Sequence record: PQ416618.1
From: Escherichia phage vB_VIPECOMC06
Length of the DNA: 64,000 nucleotides
Direction: 5' to 3' (one strand)
This document shows, in pieces, positions 62,439 through 64,000 of this stretch. The notes under the pieces are model-generated. The model ran no database searches and was not told the DNA's origin. It saw only the letters and a program-made list of their open reading frames with translations. Each line of letters starts with the position of its first letter. Position 1 is the first letter of the stretch. The position numbers and the translations under genes are program-made.

Positions 62439-64000
62439 ATGATTAAAAATGAAATTAAGGTATTGTCAGATGTAGAACATATTAAGAAACGCAGTGGCAT
62501 GTATATTGGTTCTTCGGCCAAAGAAGCCCACGAGCGTTTTTTGTTTGGTAAATATCAACAAGTTGAATATGTTCCTGGTCTGGTTAAATTAATCGATGAG
62601 ATTATTGACAACTCGGTTGATGAAGCTATTCGTACATCATTTAAGTTTGCAAATAAAATCGATGTGCAAATTAAAAATAATCAAGTTTCGGTGGAAGATA
62701 ACGGACGTGGTATTCCTCAAGGTTTAGTTACTGACCAAACAGGTGAACAAATTCCTGGGCCTGTAGCAGCCTGGACTATTCCAAAGGCTGGCGGCAACTT
62801 TGGCGATGACTCTGAACGCAAGACTGGTGGTATGAACGGCGTCGGGAGTAGTTTAACTAATATCTTCTCTACGTTGTTTACAGGCATCACGTCAGATGGC
62901 GAAAATGAAATCACCGTTAACTGTTCAAACGGAATGGAAAACAAATCATGGTCTTCTAAGAAATCTAAAGGTAAAGGCACTAAAGTAATCTTCACTCCTG
63001 ATTTCTCTTCATTTGAAGAACATAATTTATCTCAAATTTATTTAGATATTACTTTAGACCGACTTCAAACGTTGGCAGTCGTTTATCCTGATATCAAGTT
63101 CACATTTAATGGTAAAAAGGTTGATGGTAATTTTAAACGATTTGCTAAACAATTTGGCGAAGATAACATCATTCAAGAAAATGATAAAGTCTCTATAGCA
63201 TTCACAACATCACCAGACGGCTTCCGTCATTTAACTTATGTGAATAACATCCATACTAAAAATGGCGGTCATCATGTTGAATGTGTAATGGATGATATCT
63301 GCGAACATCTTTTGCCGGGTATTAAAAAGAAATATAAGGGTATTGAAGTCACTAAAGCTCGTGTTAAAGAATGCCTCACAATGTTGATGTTTATTAGAGA
63401 CATGAGCAACATGCGTTTTGATTCTCAGACTAAAGAACGTTTAACGTCAACGTATGGTGATATTCGTAATCATATCCAATTAGATGCTAAGAAAATTGCT
63501 CAGGCACTTCTTAAAAACGAAGCCTTGATTATGCCTATTGTTGAAGCAGCATTAGCTCGTAAATTGGCAGCAGAAAAGGCTGCAGAAACTAAAGCAGCTA
63601 AAAAGGCAACTAAAGCTAAGGTTCATAAGCATATTAAAGCTAACCAATGCGGTAAAGATGCAGATACGACATTGTTCTTAACAGAAGGTGATTCAGCAAT
63701 TGGTTATCTCATTGATGTTCGTGACCGTGAACTACACGGCGGATTCCCATTACGTGGTAAGGTGATGAATAGCTGGGGTATGTCATATGCTGATATGATG
63801 AAGAACAAAGAGCTCTTTGATATCTGTGCTATCACAGGTCTTATTCTTGGTGAAAAGGCAGAGAATACAAACTATCGTAATATTGCAATTATGACCGATG
63901 CCGATCATGACGGTCTTGGAAGTATTTATCCGGCTTTGCTTGCTTTCTTTAGTAATTGGCCTGAATTGTTTGAACAAGGACGTATTCGCTTTGTTAAAAC
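62439..64000 (+). CDS. 39: DNA topoisomerase II large subunit gp39 (GyrB-like), 5' partial
   Basis: GHKL ATPase motifs EIIDNSVDE, DNGRGIP, GGMNGVGSS; TOPRIM region TEGDSA; runs off the window end. Confidence 0.9.
   Translation, partial: MIKNEIKVLSDVEHIKKRSGMYIGSSAKEAHERFLFGKYQQVEYVPGLVKLIDEIIDNSVDEAIRTSFKFANKIDVQIKNNQVSVEDNGRGIPQGLVTDQTGEQIPGPVAAWTIPKAGGNFGDDSERKTGGMNGVGSSLTNIFSTLFTGITSDGENEITVNCSNGMENKSWSSKKSKGKGTKVIFTPDFSSFEEHNLSQIYLDITLDRLQTLAVVYPDIKFTFNGKKVDGNFKRFAKQFGEDNIIQENDKVSIAFTTSPDGFRHLTYVNNIHTKNGGHHVECVMDDICEHLLPGIKKKYKGIEVTKARVKECLTMLMFIRDMSNMRFDSQTKERLTSTYGDIRNHIQLDAKKIAQALLKNEALIMPIVEAALARKLAAEKAAETKAAKKATKAKVHKHIKANQCGKDADTTLFLTEGDSAIGYLIDVRDRELHGGFPLRGKVMNSWGMSYADMMKNKELFDICAITGLILGEKAENTNYRNIAIMTDADHDGLGSIYPALLAFFSNWPELFEQGRIRFVK

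Noticed and set aside
1-64000. tRNA genes and CRISPR arrays
   Set aside because: No cloverleaf-like GC-rich ~75-nt segments with a GGTTCGAATCC-type T-loop and no regularly spaced direct repeats were seen; the T4 tRNA cluster would lie upstream of this window.

Overview
This window reads as one contiguous stretch of a T4-like (Tevenvirinae) myovirus genome, most consistent with an RB69-type phage: the DNA polymerase is 903 aa and there are no T4-type alpha-gt, beta-gt or dam genes in their usual slots. Almost all genes are on the + strand in the early/middle transcription direction, in the order nudE, e, denV, internal proteins, regB, tk, nrdC, 49, nrdD, nrdG, 55, 47, 46, rpbA, 45, 44, 62, regA, 43, [inserted cassette], 42, uvsX, 40, 41, dmd, sp-like, 61, 56, soc, Mod-like ART, dda, dexA, and the 5' part of gene 39. 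The main point of interest is a ~4.2 kb cassette between gene 43 and gene 42 (39215..43458): a KdsD-like SIS sugar-phosphate isomerase, a KdsC-like HAD phosphatase, a fused sugar-1-P nucleotidyltransferase/anomeric kinase and a 386-aa Cys-rich enzyme. I read it as a phage-encoded route to an NDP-pentose, plausibly NDP-D-arabinose, that would feed arabinosylation of hydroxymethylcytosine DNA. It is followed by a thymidylate-synthase-fold hydroxymethylase, an unassigned 299-aa protein in the beta-gt slot and an extra P-loop kinase. Other notable features are four injected internal-protein candidates, a macro-domain protein, a pol-beta-type nucleotidyltransferase, an AAA+ ATPase, a Mod-type ADP-ribosyltransferase, Dmd, several periplasmic or lipoproteins, one minus-strand small membrane gene, and many repeated early-promoter cassettes with inverted repeats, some of which pair with the downstream Shine-Dalgarno. 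No tRNA, CRISPR array, intron or homing endonuclease was recognised. All calls rest on reading the sequence and on recalled family motifs; no database search was run, and several ORF-track starts (TTG/GTG) were moved to the first ATG with a Shine-Dalgarno.
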